The translations under genes were made by a program, and so were the position numbers. A stretch of DNA of 55,513 nt, the filler included, from Sluysia triapertura (Eukaryota): assembly GCA_046118255.1 (NCBI GenBank). It is 4 parts of 4 records of this genome, joined end to end, with 100 filler letters (N's around TTAATTAATTAA, not from the genome) between each part and the next. Parts side by side here need not be neighbours in the genome. Positions count along the whole stretch, not along the records: positions 13,107 to 27,931 come from JBJNIA010247871.1; positions 28,032 to 41,264 come from JBJNIA010051006.1; 2 more parts are not named here. The stretch is one strand, 5' to 3'. The notes beneath the pieces are model-generated. The model made no database searches. It was not told where the DNA came from and saw only the letters and a list, made by a program, of their open reading frames with translations. Shown piece after piece: positions 21,904-35,235 of this stretch; position 1 is the stretch's first letter; each line of letters opens with the position of its first letter.

Positions 21904-24900
21904 ATGAATGAAGATGATTATTTTTGGAATTCTATTACCGAAGCTGAGTTTTCATTTACTGAAGTAAACAAAAGTTATGCTTACAAATTTTTACGGTTTT
22001 GGTCAGCTTTGGCGCTACAGAATAATTCTATCATTGATGTGTCTAGATTTGATATTTTTCGATATATCAAATCAGATTTATTGGATATGATGTTTAATTC
22101 AATTCAGTTTTTAGATTACACGACAAGTAGAAATATATTTGAACTAGATAAAAAGCCAAAGAAATTGATGAAATCTACAAGCTCTCATGAGTTGCACAGA
22201 GAAATTGATTACTATGATTTTCAGCCAGAGATATCAGTGTACAATTTTTTTCATATTTCATTTGAACAAGAAGAAACTAAAAAGATGAAAAGATGGAATT
22301 CTTATCAAAACATATCATTAATATCATCACCGGATTATTTAGCTTTAGATTTTTTTACTTATCTATATTCATTACCAGAAGAACAGATGCTTTATGTGTT
22401 ATTTAAGGGTCCGAGCCTTATTCCATTAAAGTTTAAAGCAATATATAAGTGCATTTTCGAAAAGTAAGTATAAATAAATTTTACATGTTTCTATTTAGAT
22501 TTGCTATTATGTTTACTTACGATTTTCCATCAGTAGTTCGATATTTTCAAATGAAATACAGTCACTATTCAGTTTATAATACTCTGTCTTGTTTTATTGG
22601 TGAAACCTGCCAAATTTGTTATGGAAATAATCCTGGTCTTGTATATAGCCATGATGCTTGTTATCTTTATTTTTGTGAAGGTTGTTTGCGTTCTTATATT
22701 AATTACCAGGTACTTATGTAGTTCTAATTAAGATTGTTCAATTTTATAATGTAAAAATAAGTAAAATTAAACATTTGTTTTTATTTTCTATTTATGAATT
22801 GAACAATTATAATATTTACAAAGTACTGAATTTTCACATAATAAATTTATTTAGGTCAAAGAATTGAGTAATATTCATATCAGGTGTATGTGGGATATTT
22901 GTGAATATTATTATCCCTTTACATTGGTTTGGGAATGCTTAACCGAAAATAATAGATCTTTATTCAATAATATAAAAAGTCTGAAAAATGAAACAAAAAC
23001 AAAAAAGAGATGTCCTAATTGTTTAGAATTTTATCAGGTTATATAAATTATGTTGTAGATAATTAAAAATTAAAATATCTACACTTTATATTTATATTTG
23101 TTTATGACTGTAATTTTAAATATTACTGTAGTGCTTAGAAGTATTTTATAAATTAGACAAAATAAAACAAGCACTGTAAAAACATTGAATTTATTAAAAT
23201 TTTAAAATAATTTTGTTTAAAAAATAATGCTAGTTATCTTACGTTTTCCTACTTATAAAAATCAATTTGATTTTTACATTATATAAAAGTAGTTGAAAAA
23301 AATATTCTAAATAAATTTTTAATTAGCAATTAGCTTTTTAATGTTCTTGCACAAGATCAACTGTTCACCTTAACAATTAAATTACGTTTAAGATTTTACT
23401 ATTTTATATTTTTTTAGGATTTTAGCACCAAAAGTACCACAACCGATCAAATGAAATTGTATTAATTTATACGATTTTTAATTTTATATTTAATTTAGAT
23501 ATAGGTACATTTCATATGACCAATAATGGTATGAATATGTATACATCGAACCTTAATTTTACATTTAGTGTTAAGAAAATTAAGCACAATATTACCATTA
23601 TTAACAAAGACTAATGAGCATAAACTAATACAAACAAAAAACCACTAAATGAATGTATATAAAGTAATAAATTTTATTGGCCAAACCATATTATAGAAAA
23701 AATTAATCAATATATAGATCAAATTGTCCGCAACATATAAAACATTAAAACCATTCGTGTGTCATTAACAAAAGAAAGAAATGGACCACATAATATGAAT
23801 TAACATCAAGAAATTAATTATAGAATGAAATGAAATAATTTATTGAGCATAATATAATATCAGTGAAAAAAGTGCTTTCTACAAAAGAATGCAACTTTTG
23901 TATTACTTGGTGTATTACTGTTTAACGCAGTAATACTATCTTTGACATTAATTAGTCATTGGTTATATTATTATCGGTTGCAGTTGATTATAATTGATTC
24001 GTTTTTATTTAATTTATTTTTGAATGCAGAGATTTGAGACTAACTTATTTTAACTAATAAGAAATCATATACAAGTTCAAAATTAACCATGATACTAAAA
24101 ACTGGTTTGAAATTAGTAAATGCATTAAATAAAAGATTTAAATTTATTTAAATGATATCTAAATTAAAGTAATAATTTAATAATAATAATATAAGGTTTT
24201 AAAAATCTTGAGTTTATTTAGAAATATAAGTGTATTAGTAAACACATTAGGAATGTGTTCGATAAGGTTAAAGTGTAATATATTCTAAAATATTTTAGTT
24301 AACATAGTTAATTAATCTTTCATTCTACGTTCATTAGTTGACAATGTTTCTTATGAATATGGAAATTTATTTATTTGGAAATTACTTTATATTAATATGG
24401 AAATTACTTTATTTGGGAATGAACTACTGCATTAATCATATGATTGTGTCATAGAAACCTTCAGAAAAAGCCTTCACTTGAATTAATAAATTTTCTTTAA
24501 GAAAGAAATATAATGAAAATAATCAGAATAGATTTTTGGAATCACTAAAATTATTAATGAATAATAATCGAATCCAAAATTAAGTTTTTATTTTCTCTAT
24601 TATGAATTTTTATAAAGTGCACTAAAGAAATTATTTTTATTTTTATTACATTTTATCCTTACCAAAATATTCAAACAGTTTGGCTTCTCTAAATTCTCTA
24701 AGGCTTGACAAATATTGACTTAATGTTTTTAATATTGCTTATTTATTTTATTTTTTATTATTAGGTAATTAGTTTATTTGATATAATTAAATATTTATAT
24801 TTCATTTATTTATATTTTAAAAATATATGCGAAACTTCTAATTAACTAAATTTCCCGTATTATCTATAATGTATCTTGATTGAAAATATGTTGCATTTAT

Positions 24901-27180
24901 GCAAAGTTCCTACAAATTGAAGCCAGTTTTAGTTTTTTGTCAATTTGTAGAATAATCTAGATTTTTTTAATAATTGAACATTTACTTCTAAAATCATTAA
25001 AATAAAACAGTATAAATTAATAATTATTTTTTAATTTTTGGCATAAGTTAATTAGTCATTTTTATTTTAACGGGTTTAATTTTTCAAATAAGACGCTTTT
25101 GTGTTCTGCTTACATTTTCAATAATTTTGAACTTAATTATTTTTTCATTAATTAATCCAGCTTGTCTGCGAGACTAGCTTTTAACCTGACACTGGATTTC
25201 AATAAAAAATTTAAAATTTATTTTTATGTTAAAATATTCCAGAAAATCTGTTAAATAATATTATGTTACAAAAAAGTCATTAGTTACATTAATACTGAGA
25301 TAATTATGCTTGTAAATTTAACAATGATGATATTTTATTCCGGTTCTTTAATAATCTATTATTATGATGATTTCAATTTAAACAGTATTTATATAAACAC
25401 TATAAATTCAATATGATTTTTTAAGAGTAAAGTTCAATTTAACACGTTTCCAATGAAATGTAAAAAAATTTAATGTTTGATCAAAAAAAATTACGTAATT
25501 GAAAAAAAGCAGATAAAAGGCTTGTATGAAGTCTATTAACCAAAACGGGTACTTAACACATTATGAGCTGGGCAGATATTGGAATCCGTTTCGTGAACTG
25601 TCACCTAAAGTGAGTATGTGTAGCGTTTTAAAAGCGATGCGAATGCGCATATTTCGCAAATTTTACCCGCTGCACAATATAGTTGGGTTTGATAAGCTAT
25701 CCACTCATAAAAGAGGACTTGAGCTTTGCCATGTTCGTTGCTTACTTTTTCACTATTTTCTTATAAGCCTTAAAAGAAACTTTCACGAACATTATTGAAA
25801 GCAAATATTAATATTTTTATATAAAATAATGTCTTATTTTTGTATAAAAATCATGAATTTTTATAATTTAAAAAGTTCAATTTTTATGTAAACTCTACAT
25901 TAAGATAGATAAGTGATAGTGAAAGTGTTTCATCTTAAACTTTCATATAGGATGGTAGAAATCGTAGTCATTTGGGCTATATGGTTTAGCGTTGTCATGC
26001 CGATATGTTGACCAATCTAGGCTGTTTTTCTTTAAGTTTTTACATCATTTCAACCAGTTGGTTGCAGTATATTTCTGTTGTGATGAAAGCACAATGGTCA
26101 CACCTGCTCTAGACCATCAGACACCATCAGCTTCTTTTGATGTTTATTCATCCTTGTCTAACCACTGTGCTGAACGTTTGCATTCGTTTCTCATTTGGAT
26201 CCACTTCAAATCACAAGTGACAATTCGATTTATGACGAGAAAGCAATATCAAACAAGTTTCCAAGTGCTTTTGTTTCTGTTTTTCATTCAGTTCATTTGG
26301 AACTTACTTATCCAACTTTTTCATTTTATTAATTTGAGCTAAATCGATAACGTCAACGATAATTCATAGGCACTCTGAGATGGGTCAAATTCAACGGTGA
26401 CCTTTCGTTTGTCAGTATTGACCTTTGATTCTGAGCGACCGCGTGGCTCAATTTCGAGGTCAAAAGTACCTGCACAAAATTTGTCGAACCAATTGGATGC
26501 ATTATTAATGTTTCGTTTGTTATACGATGTCGTAGTTCCACTTAAGATCTCATTCTTCATAATAGTTCGAATTTCCGACCGTTTTAATTTCAACAAAATT
26601 AATTATCAAAAAACTTAATATTTCTAGAATTTACAATGATTTCTTTAAACAAGCGAGATATGTTGGTGTCCAGCAACAAAAACAGAACTGTCAAATAATA
26701 AGGTGTTAAACTTGGCAATATTATTAACTATATTTTACTATATTCGGATTAACACGATTTTACTTAGCATTGTATTTCGAAGGAAATAATTAACTTTAGT
26801 AATCTTTTCAAATTCTTAATAAAATATTTTTTCATGATAAAATTATTTCCTAATAAATTCTAATAATTAATAAGTTACTAATGATTCAAACTCGTATAAA
26901 ACTATTTTATTTATTGTTTTTCTTTCTGTAGTTATCCAAAAGGGAAATCACAATGAAAAAACGTTTTAAAATTTTTAAATACAAACGAGGTTTCAATGTG
27001 ACTTGTAATGCTTGCAAAATGACTTGGTGCTTCAAGTGTCAATCAGCAGTTCATGATACATTAATGAGTTGTAAAAGTAATCGCAGTGCTGATAAGAAAG
27101 TGATAATGTGGGCCAATGAAAGAGTAACGATGCAGGAAAACCATTTATTAAAAAGAGCTCGTAAGTGTCCAAAATGTGGA
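21904..27180 (+). CDS. RNF217: RBR (RING1-IBR-RING2) E3 ubiquitin ligase, RNF217-like, 3'-partial
   Basis: Exons 21904-22463, 22499-22709, 22855-23037, possibly 23426-23458, and 26932-27180. RING1 CQIC..HDAC..FCEGCLRSYINYQV..IRCMWDIC, IBR KRCPNC..VTCNACKMTWCFKCQSAVH..C, then DKKVIMWANE..ARKCPKC (compare RNF217 DKLLRHWASE..AQKCPKC). The contig ends before the rest of RING2. Confidence 0.85.
25940..26600 (-). mobile_element. mariner transposase pseudogene within RNF217 intron
   Basis: N-terminal WFDKFCAGTFDLEIEPRGR, KKLDK*VPNEL, RIVTCDLKWI, GVWWSRAGV and HDNAKP, with frameshifts and deletions. Confidence 0.9.
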
Positions 27181-27862
27181 GTAAGTTTAAATTCGTATTA
27201 ATATTCTTAATTTTATATATGTAATTAAAATGCTATTGAATACACATTCTTGGTGTAATCAAAGTATAAAGTAATAATATTACAATATACAAAAATTGTA
27301 TTTTTCAATATAATACTTTTCAACGCATTCCAATAGTGCAAAAGTTTTAAAGACATTTTTAAAGTATTTCGAATTCTCAAAATACTATATAGTTATTTAT
27401 TTAAGTTTATTGTTTTTAAGTTGCATTTTAAAAATTTTAATAAAAAACGGTTGGTGTTTTTTCGGAATTGCGTTATTGAGTTTTACGATTTATTAATTTT
27501 ATAATACAAAATTTCTTTATTTGTCCCATTTTTAAACGACAAGCGCATAATAATAATAAATGTCAAATTTGACATCATTACCAGTAAAATGATTTGACAC
27601 TTTACTATGTCATTGCGTATGTAGTTTAATGTTTTGTAATTGTGACATTATTGTTGTGATTATGATTTGTTAATTTGCATGGAGTAAAATTTTAAGTGAA
27701 AAGGTTGAACCACCAAAATTACCAGTAATTATTAAAATAGATTATTAAAATGTTTTATATTTATTTAAAGATTATTAAGATGCTTTATAATTATATATTA
27801 TATTTTTAAAAATGAAATCTCACTTAATTACTACTATTAGTATTATCATTTTTAATATTACA

Positions 27863-27865
<3 letters not shown>

Positions 27866-27931
<66 letters not shown>
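27866..27931. repeat. (AAT)n microsatellite at contig end
   Basis: Pure AAT run reaching the linker. Confidence 0.95.
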
Positions 27932-28031
27932 NNNNNNNNNNNNNNNNNNNNNNNNNNNNNNNNNNNNNNNNNNNNTTAATTAATTAANNNNNNNNNNNNN
28001 NNNNNNNNNNNNNNNNNNNNNNNNNNNNNNN
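27932..28031. other. Artificial contig linker / assembly gap
   Basis: 44 N + TTAATTAATTAA + 44 N. Confidence 0.99.
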
Positions 28032-28049
28032 AATGTTTAGTTTCCGCAG

Positions 28050-28404
28050 ATTTCTACTGTATGCACCTTATAAAAGGTAATCTCAGCGAGATGTTCAATT
28101 GTAAATACAATGTTAGTATAAACCTGAAACTTGTAAATACCCTCGATGATTTGTTGAATCGAATATTCAGCGTTAGAAAATGTGAGTCTTGCAATTAGTC
28201 TTAAAGGTGAATCGAACTATATATTTGGCATCGATGCAAATATGGATTATGTGAACAATTCGAATGCAACATTTGGATTACTATTAGGTAAGAACTTTTA
28301 TTCCAATAAATCATCTATATACACTGACTATGTTTTATTTTGTTGTCTTTATTTCAGATGTATATATCAGGAACCTGGACCCACGAAGAAGAAGATATCG
28401 CTGA
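28050..28404 (+). CDS. Possible 3' exons of an unidentified gene, weakly EEP (exonuclease-endonuclease-phosphatase)-like
   Basis: Phase-consistent segments 28050-28181, 28207-28286 and 28358-28404 give FYCMHLIKG..LDDLLNRI..NYIFGIDANMDY..DVYIRNLDPRRRRYR*. This model needs a 25-nt intron. Confidence 0.3.
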
Positions 28405-29110
28405 GGTGTAGCCACGACAACAATTTCTATTTTTTTCAATTTTATGTCATGATAATAAATATTTTCAAGAAACAATTTCATTTTAATGATTTAATTTTTA
28501 AATCCGAAAGTTTACTACTAAATGCTTTAAAGAAAAAATTTTATTATAAGATAAAATCGAGTACTGATATGATAATGATAAATATTTATCACAAAATCTT
28601 ACACTACAGTTTGATTTTCGAAAACAATACAACTAGGATTGACCCTCTTGATAACGAACGTCAATCAAATGAACCTCTTCTTCATTACAAAAGCCTAAAA
28701 TATACCATAACACTCGGTCATCATAACATTTTAAAATCTCGTCAAAAAGTATTACCCATACCTTAGAGTGTAAAATAAACGCAGCAATAGTAAATTCATC
28801 TTATTCTGATAATAACATGAACAAAAACAGCATAAAGTTTGATAGTGAATATAGGTTAAATAAAACTCCTTATCGATCTAAACACTCAAAATATGTTACA
28901 ACTCATGACCATTTTGATATTAAACAAGCACTACTCCAAATGCTCTCCATACCTAGAATCGTCGGAAAGCTCATCTATCGAGCGTTCTTGTGGTTGACTC
29001 TAAGCTTCAATAGTTTCAGGAATCATTGTATTTTTCGTAAATGAAAAGTAAAACTAGTTTTACTCCCTATTATTAAGTTGTCATCACAAGCCTACAAAAT
29101 AATTTTAAAA

Positions 29111-29789
29111 TGTTATAACACTTTACGATTATTTCAAACTATTTAGAACTATCAAAAATTAATTAAATCATATAAAGCGCTTTAAAACCATTTATTTATC
29201 TTTAAGTTTACTTTAAAAATAATTATTTTCCGAAAAAGAAAATTTCTAAAAAAGAAAATTAGCTTCTAAAAATAGAATGGAAGCTTCTAGTATGTTCCAG
29301 AACATTTCATCGATTCTCACTGGCTGATGACTAGTATATAAACTAGCATCAGCATAATGAAAATCGCCATTTTGGAAAATCAATTTACTTCATTTTGCTG
29401 TGATTCGAGAAATTGTGAATCTTAGTAATAATTCACAATTCAAAGTTATTCATCAATTTCGAAATTATCCTCCAGACAACATCAATTCGATTTTTGGTAA
29501 ATTATATATTTGTAGGGGCGATTTCAACTTTTGAAGCTGACATTATAAAATACAGCAAATTTTATATTATTTTGTAAAGTGCCCGGTATATTGAGGGGGT
29601 AAAATCCGCTTAAAATATCTTAGCACTGGACTAAACGCTTACGGAGATTTAATCCCTAAGATAATTATTTTTACTTTCTCGTTATTAAAAAGTTTTTGTA
29701 TTTTGAATAAAAAATCGATATTTTTGTGTTATTTAATAAATCATTGAAGTTATACTCTTAAGCAAGTGTAAGACCCCAACCATATAACA
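29111..29789 (+). mobile_element. Solo LTR
   Basis: Termini TGTTATA...TATAACA (7-bp inverted), flanks TAAAA / TAAAT (near 5-bp target-site duplication), TATA box at 29335 and AATAAA at 29706 and 29735. Confidence 0.7.
29279..29342 (+). promoter_or_regulatory. Heat-shock element array plus TATA box inside the solo LTR
   Basis: GAA gc TTC ta GTA tg TTC ca GAA ca TTT gives six in-register nGAAn units, four of them perfect. TATATAAA at 29335-29342. Confidence 0.6.
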
Positions 29790-32631
29790 TAAATTATTAG
29801 CTTATATTGTTACAGAAGCGCCCTCTTTACGACACAAGACATATTTACTGTAACTGGATCCTGCTCAAAAATATTTTGCCGTAGGTTAAGAGTTAGAAAA
29901 ACCACAGCAGTATGAAAAATAAATTGGTTATTCGGAATCATCACGAATATCAACTTCTATTTTGTTGATGATGATTATGCAGGTAAATAAATCAGATTCT
30001 TTTATTGATACAGTGTGAATGCAACACTTTTTCATGTTCTTTAGTATTTGTTAACAAAATTGATTTCAATAGTGCTTGTTTCTAATACAAAGTAGTTCAC
30101 TTAAATTCAAGGGAATGTTTATGTTATCTGCTGTGTTTCTAATATATTAAAACTAAATCTTCACGTAAAATAACTGTTAAACCATTTTATTATTTTCTAA
30201 TTTAACCTTTTGAAAGAATGTCATTTTGGGTTTAATTGAATCGACGAAATGAATAACCTTTTTACAGAATGACCTTTCTGATTCAACTGAAATACTAAGC
30301 GTTTTTATCAACGCTGAATTGAAAAGGAATATCTGCTATAAAACATTAGGTATATGATACATATTCTTGTTTTGAAAATACTTAATGGATAATAATTTTA
30401 TTTTATTTTATCGCCAATATAATGATGCTTATTTAGATAATAATCCATGCTTGTTATTATTACTTCATTATTTTCCATAAGTATCACATTTTATCTATTT
30501 TTTGTATAATACATGATTTATCAATAAGTTTATTTTTCTCATCAAAAAACAAATTAATATTAGCGATAAAGGTTAATATTAGTCACATTAATTTTTTAAT
30601 AAATAGTATTCTGTTCCCTGTTTAATTGAAATTTTATAAAAATTATAAGTAAATTCAACTAGTGCAGCTTCCCATTTGCTGGGTAATTATATTGGATTTT
30701 CATAATTCACAAGGAACATGTCTGGTAGAGTGATAATACTATTGCTTCGTAATATTAAATGAAAGCTTTCAGTAATAAATAAATTGCGGAGATGTTTATA
30801 CCACTAATTGAGATTCAAGTATCAATTCGGATTTCTTATATCAAACTCGTTTAACTTTGAGGTTTTTCCTTTACCTCAAATTGTTAACGTTCTATGCTTA
30901 ATACTGATTTAAGGTCGAATAAGGGTTAGTCTGCTTGAATCACTTTTTCTTGTATGAAACCTTAAAAATACTATTTTCGTCTTACACGAGACTTCAAAAA
31001 TTCAAAATTCAATATTTACTTTTTAAATCAAACTTTTAGGAACGTGATTTTTAGTTGATAGTGACAATTTTGTACTCTAATTTTAAATAGAACCTGACAA
31101 TTAATAGGGAATTAAATCAGATTTTACCAAGGTTCTTCAGTAAATAGAATCTGTAAGTATAAATTTTCTAAAATTTTATTGTAACTGCCAACAACAATCT
31201 AATAAATAGAAATCTATAAATAGAATTTTTTAACAAATCAATATAAGATAGAATTTTTAACATACAAACAAATGAGAAATAAAAATAGAATTTTTAAAAT
31301 CAATAAATATACAAACATAATAACTGTATGATATTATTTTAGCACAACAAAACAAAGACTTCATCCTGTGTTTAAATCATTTTATCTATCAAACAACCAA
31401 TGAAGTTCAAGCAAGGAATCCATTATTGAATCATATGATACTTACTGCGTATACTCTATATGATGGCATACTAATAGCTTCACATTTTAGTATTGGAATA
31501 TACTACTTACCGAACAATAGGACTATATTTGAAAACATATGGATACTACGAAAAATAGAAACAATCGACACAAACGATTTCTGGCCAAACAATAGGGCTT
31601 GTGACTTAAGATATCTGTAGTAGATAGACCTATTCAGTTCAACACAAATTATACTAATGCATACTAACTTCACCAATAACAACAGGACTTTAACAAGTAA
31701 CACACTCTTATCTTTCCAAATTATGTCGTAGTGATAATTCCTTGCATGTCACTTGCGGTCCAAGTTCATAAAATCTATTTTTTCTTAGGCATGGCGCACT
31801 TCTTTATATATGTATGGGCGGCGGACGGACGGACAAGTTACTTATATATTTGACATGTGTGATGGCTCTTCATCATTCATTTGGGATCATTCAGTAATAA
31901 CTCAAATTTTGCCTCTTAAGTTAGTAATAAAATCTGTTTAAATTTAAGCAAAGCCTTAATAATATAAAATAAATTATTAAATTCCTATAACGCAATATAC
32001 TAACACATATTAGTAACAAACAAACATCGGTTACTATAAAAATTTAAAATAATTTATTATAAACTAAAATTAGACTCTTATTTAACGCTAACACACAGTT
32101 ACTGAACAGAGTTAGTGTTGTTTTAATAGATATATTTGAATTAGTGATTCATTTTTGTAATAAACTTCAGTGCAGTTACACATACATTCAGATATTTTAA
32201 GGAAATAAATAATTCTTAAGTACTAAAGTAATACCTTCAAAAATTTGGGCACTTCAAAACAAAGAAAAATCATTTGCTAAATCCTATAGAACTTCTCAAG
32301 TTGTGGTATCGCACTATCGAAAAGTTGAATATTAAAAAATTTCATTATATTTTAATAATGTATATATTTTTAATAAAATATAAATATTGTACAAGTTTTT
32401 TAAATCGAGTGTGTTATCGGTCCTTCAAATGAGTTGCAAATAAATTCTAATTTAATTATTTGAAAAGAAAGCTAGCCAAAAATTAAAAGAATTTTGAAAA
32501 TCAAAAAAATTGCGAGATTTGCTAAGTCGAAATTGAAAGACATGGATTGGAATTTAAATATTTTATGACAAAAATATATGATAAACAAATTTGAAATGCA
32601 TTTCGAAATTTTGCGAAAATTACGATGCTTC

Positions 32632-35235
32632 TCAGAAAGACGACCAGGTCCAGTTGAATGCGGGTAGATGCCTAGGAACGGTAACAGAAGACGATGATGA
32701 AAATAACCCTATCTGCGGTACTGCAAATTTGAAAATTTAACTTGTTTTATCACTAACGATATATTTGGACCGTCCAACAATTTAGGAATTGAGAGAATGA
32801 AACCCATCCGGGAATTTTCTGTGATACAATCTGTCACAATCACATTATAGCGTTAATTCGGCGTAAAGAGTATGATTATCGTAAATATAATACATTACAC
32901 GAATTAATATTCATAAAATGAATTCATTTGAGCTTCAAGATACTCCTCGGAAGTTTGATTTTAATTATATTGTATTTCACCCTTTATATATCGGGACTCA
33001 TGAACATCGTGGTATATTTTTTACTAGACGTTATAATTACATTCGGCTTACGAAGGGTCCATTATTCAAGTTATGGTTTTTCTCGTTTTTGTAATAAGAA
33101 CCCGACATTTCATTTGAAGAGACACGAGTTAGATCGTGGAAAGAGAAACTCCGTATTTTACAAGTTCAGTTCTTTTCCCGCGGTATAAACTGTTACAGCA
33201 AATTCAGTTGTGTTTTATCATAATTGTTTTAGAAATTAAATTTTCTCAATGTTTGTTGAATTTATATGTAAAAACAGATAAATAAATTTGTTTATTTATC
33301 AGACCGATTTGCTCGGAGTCCCTTAAGGTTTGTGATAAGAAGTTCAAATTTATAGGCGATTTTGATAGCCACTATAAAACATTGTCTAGCGTAATGTCGT
33401 TTAAACACCCTCCAGAATCATTATCCCAAAATATAATAACCAAACTCCTAAAGACATCGAACAGTACAATATGTATTTTCTTAACAACTAAATATAGCTA
33501 CATTTATTTGTATGATATATAAACCGGAACAAAATATTGTAGTGGGTTCTTTCATTTTTAAACTCATTTTACATTTTATATTATGATTCATGTAATGATT
33601 CAATCTAATTAAGTTAATGATTCTAAAGTTTTATTAAGTTCATTAACTTATTTAAAATTTATAACCGGCTTAAGGCCGTGGAAACAATAAGACATTAATA
33701 CTGATTCAATAAAAATAACTAGATAAAACAAGGACTTTGTATTAACTTTATAACAATTAATAACATATACAGCAGTGATGAGTATGACCCACATTAAGAC
33801 CAACACACAAATTAACATTTTCAAAATACATTTCAACACAAAAGCATGATCAGAACACATGATATCGGAAAAACAGCTGCACAATGATAACAATCACCAA
33901 ATTTTTACAATTGGTCGAATTACATAATTCATCATTACGACTAAATAAATCATTTAATAATGTTATTACTTGTGGAGCAGCTTGCTGCGGTGCAAAAATT
34001 AGATTTAAATAAAATTATTTATTAAACTAAATAATTCTAATGTCATTTGACCAACAACAAATCGGTCAATGCTTATAGCAATATCAGTATAATGATGCGA
34101 ACAAACTTTAATACTTTCTATTTCTAAGTTGCGCAAATTAATGTGATACATGTTGAAATAAGTCAAGACACTAATTGAAACATGAAGATTTGACAATATA
34201 GAACTAAAAATTAAATAAACGAGTCGTAATGAGTCGTAAAAATTAATAACCATACCATTTTTATAACTATATAACGCGAAACAAACATTTCTAATAACAG
34301 TGTAATTGATTCGCGGCCAAATTCGTATGAAGAAACATTTTCATAAGATAGTCTCAATCACGAATTTCAAAAATTCCAAACTTTCATTGATTTTATTAAT
34401 TTTTAATTTTTTTAATTATTTTGCTATGGTCATGATTATATCATAACAATCAGATAATAATAATGATGATAATAGTTTCAAAACAATAATACAGTTAAAA
34501 TAGTAATAATTTATTATTAATAATTTTGTTCATTATTAACCACTACTGCTTGTGAATAGCTAATAATTAACAAATAATTAAATTAATGATAATAAATATA
34601 ATACTAATATATGCATAAGAAAAGTTCAGGAAACCACAACAAAAGATAGAGTAAAGAAGAGACTCAACAAAAACAACAATAGATAGAATTAAATGATGAT
34701 ATTATTGTAATTGTGTTTGAGTTTTATATGTTATTATTAAAACATTATTATAAAATATTATTAAAACAACTGATATTGAATACGGCAAATGTTATCAAAA
34801 CACAAATTAATGCATTATAAAAATTCATCAAAGGAGCTAAATAATATATTCGAGTTAATTCTCAAATAATAGAAAATCGTATATCCTAACCTTCTCGAGT
34901 GCATCGAGCACGGATCGTATTGTCTTAATGGTTTGACTTCGAACTGCCAAGTCTTCATCCACAGTCAAAAATCCAAGACACGGAATAACCTTGCTGGCTA
35001 ACTCCCCTGTCGATACGTGACTCACCATGGATTCTAAAGCACATACACAGGCCATCCGAGCTGGCTGAAATGTGTCCCGCGTTCCACGTAGCAGGCTTGA
35101 CAACATCATTGAAACAGCTACTTGTTTGTGCTTCTGACTCAAGACGAAAGTAGAATTCGAATCTAATACAATTGGACAAAGTTTAGCCAGTAAAACAGCA
35201 GAATTTGTCCGAATTCCACCTTGTTCATCTTTTAC
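32632..35235 (-). CDS. SCYL1: SCY1-like pseudokinase 1 (N-terminal kinase-like protein), 3' exons (5'-partial)
   Basis: Firm exon 35235-34891: VKDEQGGIRTNSAVLLAKL..RGTRDTFQPARMA..KVIPCLGFLTVDEDLAVRSQTIKTIRSVLDALEK matches the SCYL1 HEAT region ([40 protein letters not shown]). Downstream exons 33984-33970 and 32712-32632 are tentative. Confidence 0.85.

Noticed and set aside
25992-26618. Plus-strand ORFs 25992-26342 and 26397-26618
   Set aside because: They are antisense shadows of the mariner pseudogene.
28600-29030. Minus-strand protein-like text interrupted by TAG codons, hinting at stop-codon reassignment
   Set aside because: The confident genes, including about 930 codons of TMEM132, contain no in-frame TAG or TAA, so the standard code suffices.
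28182-29044. ORFs 28182-28766 and 28817-29044 as the missing RING2/TM end of RNF217
   Set aside because: No GCxHMxCxxC RING2 motif, and the ORFs lie across an artificial linker.
29324-29362. CTGATGA..stem..GAAA as a hammerhead ribozyme (also CTGAGAG..GAAAC near 2728-2762)
   Set aside because: GAAA does not directly follow stem II in the first case, the core is not CUGANGA in the second, and stems I/III are absent.
31426-34253. Short ORFs at 31426, 31503, 32928, 33648 and 34005
   Set aside because: No recognisable motifs or convincing splice context; compatible with chance ORFs or decayed repeats.
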